The position numbers were made by a program, and so were the translations under genes. A stretch of DNA of 56,891 nt, counting the filler, from Jimgerdemannia flammicorona (lineage: Eukaryota), in the NCBI GenBank assembly GCA_003990765.1. It is 2 parts of 2 records of this genome, joined end to end, with 100 filler letters (N's around TTAATTAATTAA, not from the genome) between each part and the next. Parts side by side here need not be neighbours in the genome. Positions count along the whole stretch, not along the records: positions 1 to 28,407 come from RBNJ01000564.1; 1 more part is not named here. One strand, 5' to 3'. Under the pieces are notes generated by a model. The model was not told where the DNA came from, ran no database searches, and was given only the letters and a program-made list of their open reading frames with translations. Each line of letters opens with the position of its first letter. Within the stretch, counting starts at the first letter, position 1. Below are positions 12,004-24,303 of this stretch, one piece after another.

Positions 12004-13669
12004 TCACTTTTGGCGTTTCTGCTCGTCGTCACGGCCGCGCCTGCTATCATCACCCCTGAACTCGTCGCGGTGCTCTTTGAAAAACTGTCCAAGTGACTCG
12101 GGCTCCTCGTCAATGATGTCGCGGAGATCACCTGGGCGTAAATAGCAATGATAGAATTTAATGAAGATATTCATGAATGCGAACATAACCAACGCAACGG
12201 AACTCACCAGAAGAGAAATCAGCGCGGCCCATCTTGACATATTCGAAGAAATCGAGTATCGTTTCGATCTTGGTCTCATTAAGATGTTTTCTCAATGGCT
12301 TGCGATGACGGAACTTGTCGTCGTGGCGCCTGTCGTCATTGCGATCGTTCTTACCGTCTTCGCGACGTTTGTAGTCACGACCCTCATCCTTGCGTTCAGC
12401 GGCCTGAGCGATAGCACCAACGGCCTGTTCCTCGCGCCTACCGCGCCTACCGCCATCCTCATCGCGAATCCTCTCAAGCTCCTTCCTCATCTCTGAGCGG
12501 GACACAGCCTCAAACCGGATATCGCGCTCGTCGATTGCGTCGCTGAGAGTGCGCGCCGTTTCTTCACCGTTCAAGGGCTCGGCACCGGTCAGGCGATACA
12601 CGCGGCGGTGGTGGCGCTCATCAAGTGGTTCCCAACGGAAGCCCTGTGGGTCGCGCTGGCCCTGTGGCTGACCCTGGGAATGGGTCTGCGACTGAGCGCG
12701 GTTGCGGTCATCGTCGCGGCCATGGTCACCGCGATGGCCATGATCACCGCGACGGCCGCGGGTCAGGGCAACATAAGTGGCCCGGCAGACGTCGTTGAGG
12801 TTGACAGCGGCAAAGCGGCCATCACGACCGGTGCTCATTTTGAGGACGCGTTCATTTTCGATCATGGGAGCCCACAGCAGAAATAGCTGTTGGACGAAGC
12901 CGAGTCTGTGTTTTCGAGGATAGTGAGATGTGTGCTTGCCATCGAATGTTCGAGAAAATGTGAAAGGAGACATTGTGTACCTGAAAATGCACCACCTCCC
13001 CCTGGTGAACCTGTCCTCAAGGTACTTTTCGAGCTCTCTGAACTCGCAGAGGTTCCTGAGCTCCCTATCCCTGGCCTCGGCGCCAATCCTGTAGAGGGAA
13101 TCAATGGAACGTTTAAATTCATTACCAAACCATTGAATATCATAAAGTATGAAGAGTTATGAACTCACGTGGACATCATGAGGACGTGGCGGACATCCTC
13201 ACGTTCCATGGCATCAATTGCGCACTCGCCGTGGCGGACACGGTTGCGGGTATTCTCTGGGATGAAGACGACGTACTGACAGTTGCGGAAGGCGTGACGG
13301 AGAGATTTGCGGTCCTCGTAGTCGGTTTCCTATCAAGATTACCGATATTAGTATATATCTAGGATTTAATCTGCCTAAAATGACGATAATAGGCCGATGA
13401 AGTTCACTCACGACAATCTCTGCGCCCAAGTCGCGCAACTCAGAGCAGTCCTTCTCGCGACGGCACAGGACGCGAATGCGGCAATCGCCGTGACGATCGC
13501 GACCATTGCGGTCGGACTCGCGGAGCAGGTACATGGCGATGCAGTGGCCGAGATAGGTATCACCGCCTGTGATGGCGAGAACATGCTTGCGGGTGGTAGT
13601 GGTGCTGGCGTTGTTGGCGCTGGCGTTGGCGCTGGTGTTGGCGCTGGTGTTGGAGGAGCGGGATTCCAT
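12004..13669 (-). CDS. NmrA-like / atypical SDR NAD(P)-binding Rossmann-fold protein, 5 exons
   Basis: HVLAITGGDTYLGHCIA (variant TGxxGxxG motif), RIRVLCR, LRDLGAEIV|ETDYEDRKSLRHAFRNCQYVVFIP, IDAMEREDVRHVLMMS, AAVNLNDVCRA and RVYRLTGAEPLNGEETARTLS. GT-AG introns join the fragments in frame. Confidence 0.8.
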
Positions 13670-15369
13670 TTTGGTTTTTTTTTTGGTTTGTGTTTGAAAG
13701 TGTTGGTTAATTTGTTTAGAGGTGATCGGTCGCTTGGTTGTTGTGTAGAACACGATGGAGAGGGAATGAGGTGGTTCTTATAGTGCTTTGGGCAACTCGA
13801 TGTCGTGTTAGGATGATCTTGGTGCATACCGTCAAACCGGTATAGGTGCAGAATATTCTGCTTGCCCAACTGCATCGGCAGGCTCCTTTTGTGTTCCCCT
13901 TTCCCACATCACAAAATCCTTGTCCCGCATATGCATTGTGTAGCTGCATATAACGTGGTTTTATGATGCATGCCCCTTTCGCATGCCAAAATCATTGAAG
14001 GTTTCACCCTTTTCCGCAGGACGCTGTCTTACACAGACTGCACAATGACATGTATCATATGATCTTTGATCGAATATTCGGCCGTCTTTTTACGCCGCGT
14101 GTCGAACTGGAAATGAAAGTCATGTCATGACGTCACCCTCTCGTTGAACGCGAATTTTCATCCGAAATGTGGTGAATGAGATCATGTGACATCTGATTGA
14201 GGATAGACCAAGTTACGGTCAACCATTCAGCAGGCTATTCGTCCATCGTCGTCCTCAGCGACCAACCATCCTCAAAGGCTAATATCTTCCGGCGACTACT
14301 CCCATCGAGGTCAGCGATAATACATTGCCCTTCAATGTCAATCACTGCGCAGCGGTAATGCATCGCCCATAGTGGCAAGATGTTTCCCAGCTGCAAACAT
14401 TCATCCAACAACACGCTCCCGGAGATTTGGCTCTGCAGATCCTTAATCTGGCATTAAACAACTGCACCATCAGCACATGTAAGAGTTTTATCTGTCCAAC
14501 AACCAGCTCACCATTTTGACGGCCAATGATGCCGAGACGATTTTATGGCTGATGTTAACGCCCTTTTCATATTGAATAGTGTAGTTAGAGGAGATTGTGT
14601 GGCAAAATTTATGTCGTATTGAAGGGGGGATCCAGGTACGTCAATGAGAGTGCCACTGGATAGAAAGGGGCTCGATATATGTTCCCTGCATACACGGCAA
14701 ACTTACAACTTCTACAAGCGATCTTGTCAAACATGAATTATGAGAGAATGTTGGTGCACGGGATGAAACGCAAACGTGTCAACAACCCGCTTTTTGCAAA
14801 GCGAGGGTTTTCTCAACCTTAATAATACTGTGCTTGCCGGAAGAGCCGCATCAGAACCTACAAATACATTTGTTTCGATATGTCGACAACATCTCACTGG
14901 CGTTGGACAAGGTGTGTTTGACCCTTTCCTGCCATACAACCCTAGATTTTTCTCCGGACGGTGTTCTTAAAGGTTTATTTATTGCCGACCGACACTTTAT
15001 CCCGGGCCTCTCTTTAATACCGGAGGACAGTTTTAAAGAATATAAACACTATATATCTAACTTCACAATATGTACAATTTCGTAAAATAATGAAAATTGT
15101 AATACCGACATGTCACCTGCCTGATCGTAGACACCACCGAAGTTTACCGTCGCGACCACAAAGAGGGCGAGGACAATGCTCGCTAGGGGAGTGAAGGAGG
15201 TAGGCGCCTGATGTTTCTTGCCTTTGGACACGTTGTCGAGCGGCAAATCGAGCTAGCAGATCGTAGACGAAGTCGAGGTTAATCACCCCAAATTTCGTGC
15301 CAGAAAGATTGGAGTCGATACCCAATATTGTATTGGGTATCAGAACTGGGAAGGGGATGGACACTGCCC

Positions 15370-15622
15370 GAACGGACGGGTTGCCGTGAAAATCCTCGAA
15401 AAAGGCGGTTGCACTGCCGAGGGGATGATGATATTAGGAGACCATCGTATCCTGCTTATAATGGATTGCGCCGACGAAAACTCCCCAATGATATCCGCCG
15501 TAAGGATTTCGCCCACACCATGTATATACCCCCAAATATTGAGAGCGGTACAGGTCCTTCACTCCCAAAACTTACAGCACAACGATCTCAAGTGTGAAAA
15601 GCTCGTGTTGTAGACTTCGGGG
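15370..15622 (+). pseudogene. Ser/Thr protein kinase fragment (subdomains II-VII)
   Basis: GRVAVKILEK, ILLIMDCADE and QILRAVQVLHSQNLQHNDLKCEKLVL, then a stop with a frameshifted DFG. Confidence 0.7.
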
Positions 15623-15670
15623 AGGAACGTGTAAAGCCCAGGTCGCTACGGGACTCCCCAGATATCTCAA

Positions 15671-15950
15671 CACCAGGAGGTTCACGCACTTGAGATTGTT
15701 ATGTTGTAAGCTTTGAGAGTGAAGGACGTGTACCGCTCGCAAGATTTGGGGGTTGTCGTCATTGGAGAGATGCTCGTCGGCGTTCTCTATGATGTGCAGG
15801 AGACGATGGTTATTCTCGATGACACCAGAAATGGCAATCGCGCCCAGATGTTCCTGATTTTAAGAAATTGCGACCTACCTAGTTCCATTATGCCTCGGTA
15901 GTGCAACCGTTTTAGTCGGGGGTTTTCACAGCTACCCGTCCGTTGGGGCC
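15671..15950 (-). pseudogene. Second, inverted kinase fragment paralogous to 15370-15622
   Basis: Reverse complement reads GRVAVKT... and QILRAVHVLHSQSLQHNNLKCVNLLV, with clear nucleotide similarity to the plus-strand copy. Confidence 0.7.
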
Positions 15951-18299
15951 GTATGCCTCGTACATCAATGCAATATTGAGTATCATTGGCACGACAGCGC
16001 AACCTGTTGGAGTGCGAATAGCAGAGTTTACAGTTAATATTGCAACAGTTTAATATATTGCTCGACAATATTTTTAAGTCAAGGAATAGCAGGCTCCTAC
16101 CACCTTCACTCCCTTGACGTCTTGAGCATAATCCTCGCCCTTTTTAGCGTTGCGGCGGTGATCGTCGTGAATGTCGGTGGAGTCTACGATCAAGCATGTA
16201 TAATAATTGAATTCAGAAGAGAGGTGTGACACCATGCCGATATTTCACGTCTAGGGTATGAAGTTGTTTACTTACTATCATAGCCAGAAAGTTTGGGTGG
16301 CTATTAGGAAAGCTCGAAGAAAGAAAGGTTCTAGGTATTGGCGGCGTGTACTCATTTGGACCTTGTTCGCTCCTAAACTTCACATACAAACAAATTCACT
16401 ATGCTTTGCGGCTACGGACTCCTCAACTCACCGTGTTGTGTGTGTTGTATCAAGCGGAAGGGAAGAATGCGGGCAAGATTGTGTATATACGACCAAAATG
16501 CACATGGCAGTCACAATCAATGACCTCAGTGGCGAACCTTTTGAAACAGACGTCTGAAACACAGTAAAGAACGTCATTGACGGGAACACGGATTAAGGCG
16601 TAAAACAGTCACCAGGCGTGTGTCTCGCCTTATCGCGAACGAGACCGAGACATGTGGCAGATTTACACCACTAGCGCGAAGGGACCCCGTGAGCTTTGTA
16701 CGGGGTGGTAGCAAGTAATTGGCAGACGACACGATCACGTGTCGTCACATCATTCTTGCTATAAGTAAGGACCACAAGTGTGTGGGCATTTTTTTTAATT
16801 TGATGCCACATGATTTAAATTCGCTTCTTTGTGCTCCGCCAACATCTCCCATCAGATCAATCACTGATAACGCCACATGTGCAGTAACATCATGTGCATC
16901 ATTATATCAATCAAAAACAGTTTTGCAAGCCTCTTTGTTGCGTTTAAGTCGAATCTGGGTGTGTCGACGTATGCGAAAGCATAGCAATGCTCGCACGGGT
17001 TAGGTGCCAAAAAACATAGACCCTATTTATTGTTTAGCCCCGAAGATCGCCAACGGCGTCTAGATATCTTGGTGTGTATATTTGGGTGTGTATTGTTTTG
17101 GTGTGTATAGATCTAGGTCATAGAATGGGAACATCGTCACGTCATAAAGCCGAAAGGACTGGTTCAAATTTAATTAATTTAATTGATGTTCACGTGGTTG
17201 CCTTGCACTTCGACAACAGGCTTGAATGAAATGGAACGTCCCCCATTATAATCTGACCCATGATCGATACGTGAGTTCTATTATTATTTGGCTGCGCCAT
17301 TTGAACAAAAGCACGACCTCCAAACAACGTAACGATCCGCTGGCGTTGTCCCCGTCTTTGATGTTCAACCAGGAAACCACTGACTAAGATGGTCAGCGTG
17401 AATAGTCGAACTCCATTTTAGTCCTTGTAATCAAAAAACGACCATTATATAGTTATCCATCTGTACCATCTGGTATAACTTCTACCGTCTGTATAATGTA
17501 CCGTCTTAGCTTGATTAGTTTAGCTTAGCTAGTATTTCCGACCTGAAGATGACACATCCCGTTGGCGGTGACGTCATGCCAATTTCCGACATACTCTTAA
17601 CTACCCAGCAGGAGACCCACATGACAACTGCAGCCATACCTGGAAAGACCACAATACGGCCCAAGTATTTATACCCGAAGGCACGCCTATTAGTCACCCT
17701 TAGCATAAGGTATTTGTATAATAATACCCCAGTAGTTTGAATTTGAATAAAACAGTTCGTCCGAAAGCCAATATCGATTTATTTCCTTTGTCTTCAAAGT
17801 GACATTGTGAGAATCTATTTGCCATTATTGCAGAAAGTTGAAGTGATCTTTGTGAACAACTATTGTATAACCTGCACTTGAGCCGGTGCGTCGTTGTAAT
17901 AAGTCTACCCGTTAGCCAATTGGCATCAATCGCTGGATGCGTGCCCTCGGCTCAGTGGCAGATCGACACATTTAAAATGATTCTTTTGCAGTGCAAACAG
18001 TGCAAACAATTACCATGTCCGACACATTCAATGACGCCAATGCCATGTTGGCGGTCGAAGATGACGCTGTAGAGCAAATCCCGCTGTCGTTAACTATTCT
18101 CGAAATTGCTTTTCCGAATAGAGACCTGAACGAGTCGATATGCAGGTCGGGGCGCTGTGCCGTCCGTTGGCCAATGGATTATTGAGTGTCTCGTCATAAC
18201 GTGGGAGATCAAGAAATCGGACGCGCCCAACGCATACACGCGGAATTTATATATGCGTTATCTTAGATACGAAAGGGGCGAATCTATAACCTGCATAAA

Positions 18300-19699
18300 T
18301 TTAGATTCATTGTGATTGATTGATTTTCTACAAATAGCCAAGAGAGCTGAAAATGTTGGCGCACCACCTAAAAGTTAAAGGCTACGCCCGAAACACAACC
18401 TGATTAATTAAATATCTATCTACGGCACGGGATGATGTATATACGACATATTCCAGTGAACTTAAATCATGCCTCCCTGCCATATTCCCTAAAACAGATC
18501 CACTAACAAGAGTCAGTTGACAAAGCATCTTTGAGCAATATTAAAAGTTAAAAATTACATATCATGTGTTGTACAGTCTCGGTGTTGTTGTGTCTGAAAG
18601 GTTCGGTGTTCAAAATGACGTGGTCGCGCGATTTGGTATGTATAGTGATGAAGGATGGGAGTTAGTGCACTTCGTTGATTGATGACTGCGATTTGTTGTT
18701 TTTACGATTACCGAGAAATACAAATTGCTGATCAGAAATGGCTTCAACGGTTTGAAATTAATGCATGTGTGCGATGATGGATGGACGATAGCGGAAAAGA
18801 CAGGTTTTAACAAAATAGCGGTATAAAGCAGGCCACAAGCATTTTCATGCCTGCCGAACTGTAGACTATATTAACCCAGTGCAGCTAAAGTGACATATAT
18901 ATATTTAAGCTCTCAGGGCTAATTTCTCTACCCTTGTATCTCACCCTGTGCTCTCACACTTCGACATCATTCATCGCACCCTTTAGCACTATATAGCCGT
19001 GCCGAGATGACGCGTCTGGCGGTCGCGGCCGCGGTCGTGGTCGTAACCGTGGTAGGCTTAGATTGTGAATTTAGGTTGAAGAGTGGTTCAGCGTTGCGGT
19101 CATATATGCATTTCTTACAGGCCTGGATTCCCGACACCCAGAATTTGGCGGCAGTCACACTATTTAGTCACGTGGTGTGGTTTATAGATTCGCCGAACTG
19201 TAGATCCATGTTGTCGACAACTCGTTGCCAGAATTAGCGATGGCAACGCAACGACGACAAGGCAGATGCCACAAGTTTGCTCCGATCTGCATTTTTCCGC
19301 CAATTAGCTCAATCGATGTATATACAAAATATATTTTTACACATATTTGTTACAAGAAAATAAATACAAACGACAACATGCGGCCAGCGCATGGAACACG
19401 CATCAACGCGCGGAACGATTGCAGGTGCTCGGACAATACAATTATTTCAACCACAAGGACTATGCAGGAATCATGTCAATCACGCCGCGTCTTTCTGCAC
19501 CACAACGTGGCAACCCTTGCGTCCGATGTTGTCGACGCTAAATAAATTCACATCGATGTTGCTGCCAAAAGAGTAGTTGATTCATAAATATTCATTGGTA
19601 AGTGCTATCTTGAATTAAATTTTGTTATTGCGCGGTTTGTGACACTCAATAGGTAGAAAATATTTCATATATATATATCTGGCTTGTAATTATGTTTCT

Positions 19700-19744
<45 letters not shown>

Positions 19745-21800
19745 CTCAATATGCTAAAGATGCGAATACATATTTTGAATAGCTGCCGGAAGATGGTTAG
19801 TCGCTGAGGTATGGCTAGTCGTTGAGATATGATTAACCACTGAGGACGATGGACCACGGGACTTCAATAAGTTATTTCATTCGCCACATTTCCTCTGAGG
19901 CATTGGTTATTTAATAAAGTCGCCAGAACAGCAGATTTTTAAACTGATATCATTTCGTGATGCTTGTCAATTATATCTTCCAAACGATAGTGCAGAAAAT
20001 AAATTATTGGTTACCAGGCGAGCGCAAGTTGAGTGGACGCGTACCAGATCTCCAAATAAACAAGCACTTTCGCTTTATTCAAGAGTTGGATCCGCGAGCT
20101 TTGAAGTACATGAGATACTTCAGATGTATAGGTCACAAATTTATAAGGTATAAGCCATTATAAATGTTCCCTCAGGCCCATCGCAATCATGACTTATTTT
20201 TGTCATATCAAAGCCATAGTACACCAATTCTTGCGCCACACTGTAATGCACTTGCGCTGGAACATGCAACGTGCCCTGGTTGCGGTAGAAATTCAGCACA
20301 TATTGAAAGAGCTCGCCATTACGGTCGATGAATATCTCCTGGAAGTTGGGGTTCGGCTCAGACACCAAGCGCGCCAAAAGGGTTTCCGGGTAGACGTTGA
20401 TGGTCGCGCGGGTAGTTTTGTATCGCTTCCCTGTGCGATGTTCACGGGGGGGATAAATATAGTTGTCACAAATGAAAGATGTAAAGGTCAACATAATTGT
20501 GAGATCTACCGCCGACGTCGAAAACTATTCTGTCTGGGTGAAATGGGTCCATTTGAAGATGGTAGCAATGCGTTCAAAGCCAGAGGGCTGGAATTTATAT
20601 ATGGTTGTCTTATTTGTGTCACAAACGAAGGAGGCGCATCCTATGTTTTGAACACAAGTGACTGTATGTTCACGTGCTCTACCTTCAAATATTGACTGAT
20701 TTGTTTTCTACAACTGGAAATGTTGGCGCAACACCCAAAGTATAAAGTTCACGCACCAAACACAACCTGATTGATTATATATCTATGGCGTGTGAGGATG
20801 TACGACTTGATTGATTATACATCTATGGCAATCACATTTATCAAAAGAAAATAAGGTCGGCTTTTGATTTGAACACTTAATCACCTCTGTCATATTTCCC
20901 ACTAACGGTGATGGGTGGGAGTTAGTGCTTGATAAGAAATATCTGAATCTGAAAATCGAGGTAAATTATACGAGCTGTGCTGGCCCGCTGTCTTTGCAAT
21001 TAAAGGGTAAACTATTGAACATTTTGAAATATGGGATGTATCACTCTGTCCCTGATTTAAAGCCAATTGTGCAGCTTGTGGTCTCTGACTTAATTTGCAA
21101 TTTGACATGCCAGTGGTATGCGATGATGGATGGACGTTAGCCGAAAAGACAGGTTTAACAAAACAGCGGTATAGATTTGTTACAAGAAAAATAAATACAA
21201 ACGACAACATGCGGCCCGCGCACGGAACACACATAAACACGCGGAGCGATTGCGGGTGCTCGGGCAATATGATTGTTTCAACCACAAGGACTATGTAGGG
21301 ATCATGTCCATCACGTCGTGTCTCTGTGCGCCGCAACGCCTCATCCGCAGACAAGCCGGTAGATCTAGATATGCGGTCCGGTATTTTCGACGCTAAAAAA
21401 TCCACATCCTCGCTTTCTGTTTTCCGTATTGATGTCGCTGCAAAAGAGTAGTTGGCTGATAAATATTCATTCGTAAGTGCTATCTCGGATCAAATAATGT
21501 TATTGCACGTATTGTGAAACTCGATCGGTGAAAAATATTTATATTTGTTATATTTTTGGCTTGTGAGATTCCCCTTTTTTTATTTTTCTTTTTCTTTTTC
21601 AAAAAGTGCAATTTGTCAAAGATGTGAATACATGCACTATATTTAATTTTGGGCGACGAATTGCCGCTGGGCAGCAATTGCCTTTGATGGGAATGGCGAA
21701 TAACAGCCGGAAGATAGTTAGTCGCTGTGGAAGGCTAGCCCTTCGTCTGTTTTCAATAAAGCCAAAGTTACGGGATGTCATTCGCCACAATTCCTCCGAA
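18300..21800. repeat. Degenerate direct duplication: about 18300-19900 vs about 20690-21800, flanking the BTB gene
   Basis: Shared collinear blocks: GAAATGTTGGCGCA..AAACACAACCTGATT (18350 and 20717), GCGATGATGGATGGACG..GAAAAGACAGGTTT (18771 and 21120), and TTTGTTACAAGAAAATAAATACAAACGACAACATGCGGCC (19346 and 21176). Confidence 0.8.
20141..20552 (-). CDS. Small stand-alone BTB/POZ (KCTD/T1-type) protein, 2 exons (20552-20510 and 20430-20141; about 110 aa)
   Basis: Spliced product MDPFHPDRIVFDVG-GKRYKTTRATINVYPETLLARLV..EIFIDRNGELFQYVLNFYRNQ..AQELVYYG matches the BTB_2 motifs (NVGG, FIDRdg..F..ILnyLR, EA.yy). Confidence 0.85.
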
Positions 21801-23222
21801 GTCTGCGACAGTAAATCGAATAACATCCTACGCAATAAATTGACCTTCAATGGTAAAAAATAACCGGTAGATTTACCAAAACAAGACTACCAAAATGGAG
21901 AGACAACGCTGAAGAGTCTATGAAACAGTTGGGTTCAAGAGCAAAGTGGCTATCTGCTCGAAAATTCCTGGCGGCCGCTCTCTCTTCCTCGGCGAGCGAA
22001 ATTGCCTTGTTCGAGTTCCTTTTTCCTGCATCCACGCTTATTTCTTCGGCCCGGGAAATTATATTCTTGCATCTCCATACCGAGCTCTGGGATCACGACG
22101 TTCTGCTACTTCGGTGAGTTCACGGGTTTAACTTAAAAACTCCCGTCTTTATCTCTCATTTCGACCCTGCATTCCCTATTTGTGCTACCACATCCTCCTT
22201 CGGCAAATAATTATATGGACACACCCTTCAACAGCTCAACAAGCCTCTAGCCCCGCCATCCGGGTACCATTGATCCTCAATGAGATGTTTCAACCTGCCG
22301 AACAGAACTGCCGTTAGTCTCCCATACTGTTGGGCGGAACGAAAGAATGCAATTCTAGTACTGGACGCTTCTCCCGAAGATCTGTGCTTGTAGCTCTATC
22401 TCTTCACAGCTGGCAGCGGAGGAACCTATCGCTGTAGATGGTGAGTAACGCCTTGTCATTTTTTTTTTATCAAACTTCTTTAGCATACCACAGAAGCAAT
22501 TGCAGGCCAGACATCGGAAAAACAGAGATGATGCGGAGCTGGGCGGTTTTTTTTTTTTTTTTTTTTTTCAAAATAACAATGAACAGCAGTGAGAAATGAT
22601 AAGCACAAGTGAGCAGTAAATGATGGGCTTGAAGAATCTTATTTTAAGTTGGCTTTTAGTTAGGGTGATGATTTTGACAGTGCGACCAATGCTGGGTCCT
22701 TACAACACCCTCTTGTGGTGTGGAACCATCGCAAAAGCGAGAGACCTGCAGCATCGTTTTTGGATACATGATGCATTCCAGGTACTGTATTCAATTTGAT
22801 TGCTCCCGTCAGTGCTATGAACACGACGAATAATATCTGATGCCAATCGTGAACTCCGCTGACAACTGTCACAAAAGTTCGTGCGACAGTTGCAAGTGCT
22901 CCCATGTGTTGTTCACGCCCAACGAAAGACCCAAGTGGTGACATTATATTGAGCATTGAAAACCGATTTAGTTCATTAATAAATAAACAAATTAACAGAG
23001 AAAAGAGAATAAAATAATATGTGCTGGAGATACGGAGATGAGGTAAATCACCTCTCAATGGTCGACGCAAATTGTGAGACTGCCTAATAAGGCAAGTCGC
23101 ATAAACTCCAGCCTCCATAAAGGCTTTCCCGCGTCTTGCTCTGAACCTCACCTCCCCAGTCCCCTCATCTCATCTACCTCACACGTCCTCGTCCTCCAAT
23201 TCCTTACCCTCTCTTTTTTAAA

Positions 23223-23978
23223 ATGAAGTTCACCACCGTTGCCATCGTCATCGCCGCTGCCCTTGTCGGCCAGAGCCAAGCCGCCCCCAAGTTCAATGCT
23301 GACTGCAAGCGCTTCCACACCGGTATGTTGAAGTGGTATGGCCTGGCTCTGCTGAACACAGCAACAATTGACCACTCTTTCTGACTTCCACATTTTTTTC
23401 CCTATAGTCGGCGCCGGCGACAGCTGCGCCAGCGTTGCGACTCAATACGGCATCACCACCACTCAGCTTTTCTCCTGGAACGGCGGTCTCCACACGACCT
23501 GCGACAACCTCGACAACGGCAGCCTTGTGTGCGTTTCCCTTACCGGCCCCATGACCACCGATGGTCCCTCCGGCGTCGTAGCTCCTAGTGGCTCTGCTAA
23601 TCCTTCCGCCTCGTAAGCTCGCCTCTCCTGCTTCCCAATTTCATTTCTAAGTTTGCCACATTCATTTCGCTTGAATGCGACTGGTCCTGAACCTATCTTT
23701 CCGATGCCTCCAGCAGTAGTGCCAAGCCTGCCTCCGTTTCCGGCAGCAAGGCTACCTCCAGCGCCCCCCCGGCTGCCAGCGCGTCCGCCTCCGATGCGAG
23801 CGCCGCCCCCAGCTCCCCGTCGGAGGCGGCCAGCTCCGCGGCGGCCTCCGCCTCCGCCTCCATCGCCTCCACGAGCCCCTCAACTTCCACCGTCAAGCCC
23901 AACGCTGGTGCCCGCGAATCCGTCCCCATTGCCCTTCTCCTGGTGTCGGTGGTCGCTGCCAGTGCCTTGGTTCTGTAA
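23223..23978 (+). CDS. Secreted LysM-domain protein with Ser/Ala-rich stalk and GPI-signal-like C-terminus, 3 exons (23223-23322, 23408-23612, 23714-23978; about 189 aa)
   Basis: Signal peptide MKFTTVAIVIAAALVGQSQA. Fungal-type LysM CKRFHTVGAGDSCASVATQYGITTTQLFSWNGGLHTTCDNLDNGSLVCV. C-terminus KPNAGARESVPIALLLVSVVAASALVL*. Confidence 0.9.
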
Positions 23979-24303
23979 ATTTGGGAGTAATGGGAGTAAT
24001 GAAAGGGGGGTTTTTTTTTCTTTTTCCCGGACATGCGCGTGCGCACTAGTCCCTGTCTTAGTATATAGTATATCACGACCTGTAATTGTTTCAGCACAAA
24101 TAGATGCACATAATAGAAAATTTCTTCATGGTATCACAAGGCTGACTTTCAAACTGAGTAGGAATGTTGCGTTGAAAAGTGGCAAAATACATGACATCAA
24201 AAAAAAAAATACAAGTTAACCAAAGCCTGTTATGCCCAACTCCCTTAATTCCAATATTTGATCTATGGTTTGCATTTATAACTCTCATCTTTCCTCTCCT
24301 CAC

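Noticed and set aside
1232..13669. Complete fungal RiPP (dikaritin-type) biosynthetic cluster around the repeat genes
   Set aside because: No DUF3328/UstYa oxidase, tyrosinase, peptidase or transporter is recognisable in the window. The neighbours are F-box/ankyrin-like and NmrA-like genes. Genes left of position 1 cannot be seen.
10824..14135. TGACGTCA (CRE/ATF) palindromes at 10824 and 14128 upstream of the F-box-like and NmrA-like genes
   Set aside because: Single 8-mers can occur by chance and there is no comparative support, so they are not called as features.
14200..15000. Short ORFs and coding-like sequence upstream of the kinase palindrome
   Set aside because: No recognisable domain and no consistent exon chain could be assembled.
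23653..24219. Pro/Arg-rich 188-aa ORF
   Set aside because: Alternative frame of the Ser/Ala-rich third exon of the LysM gene.
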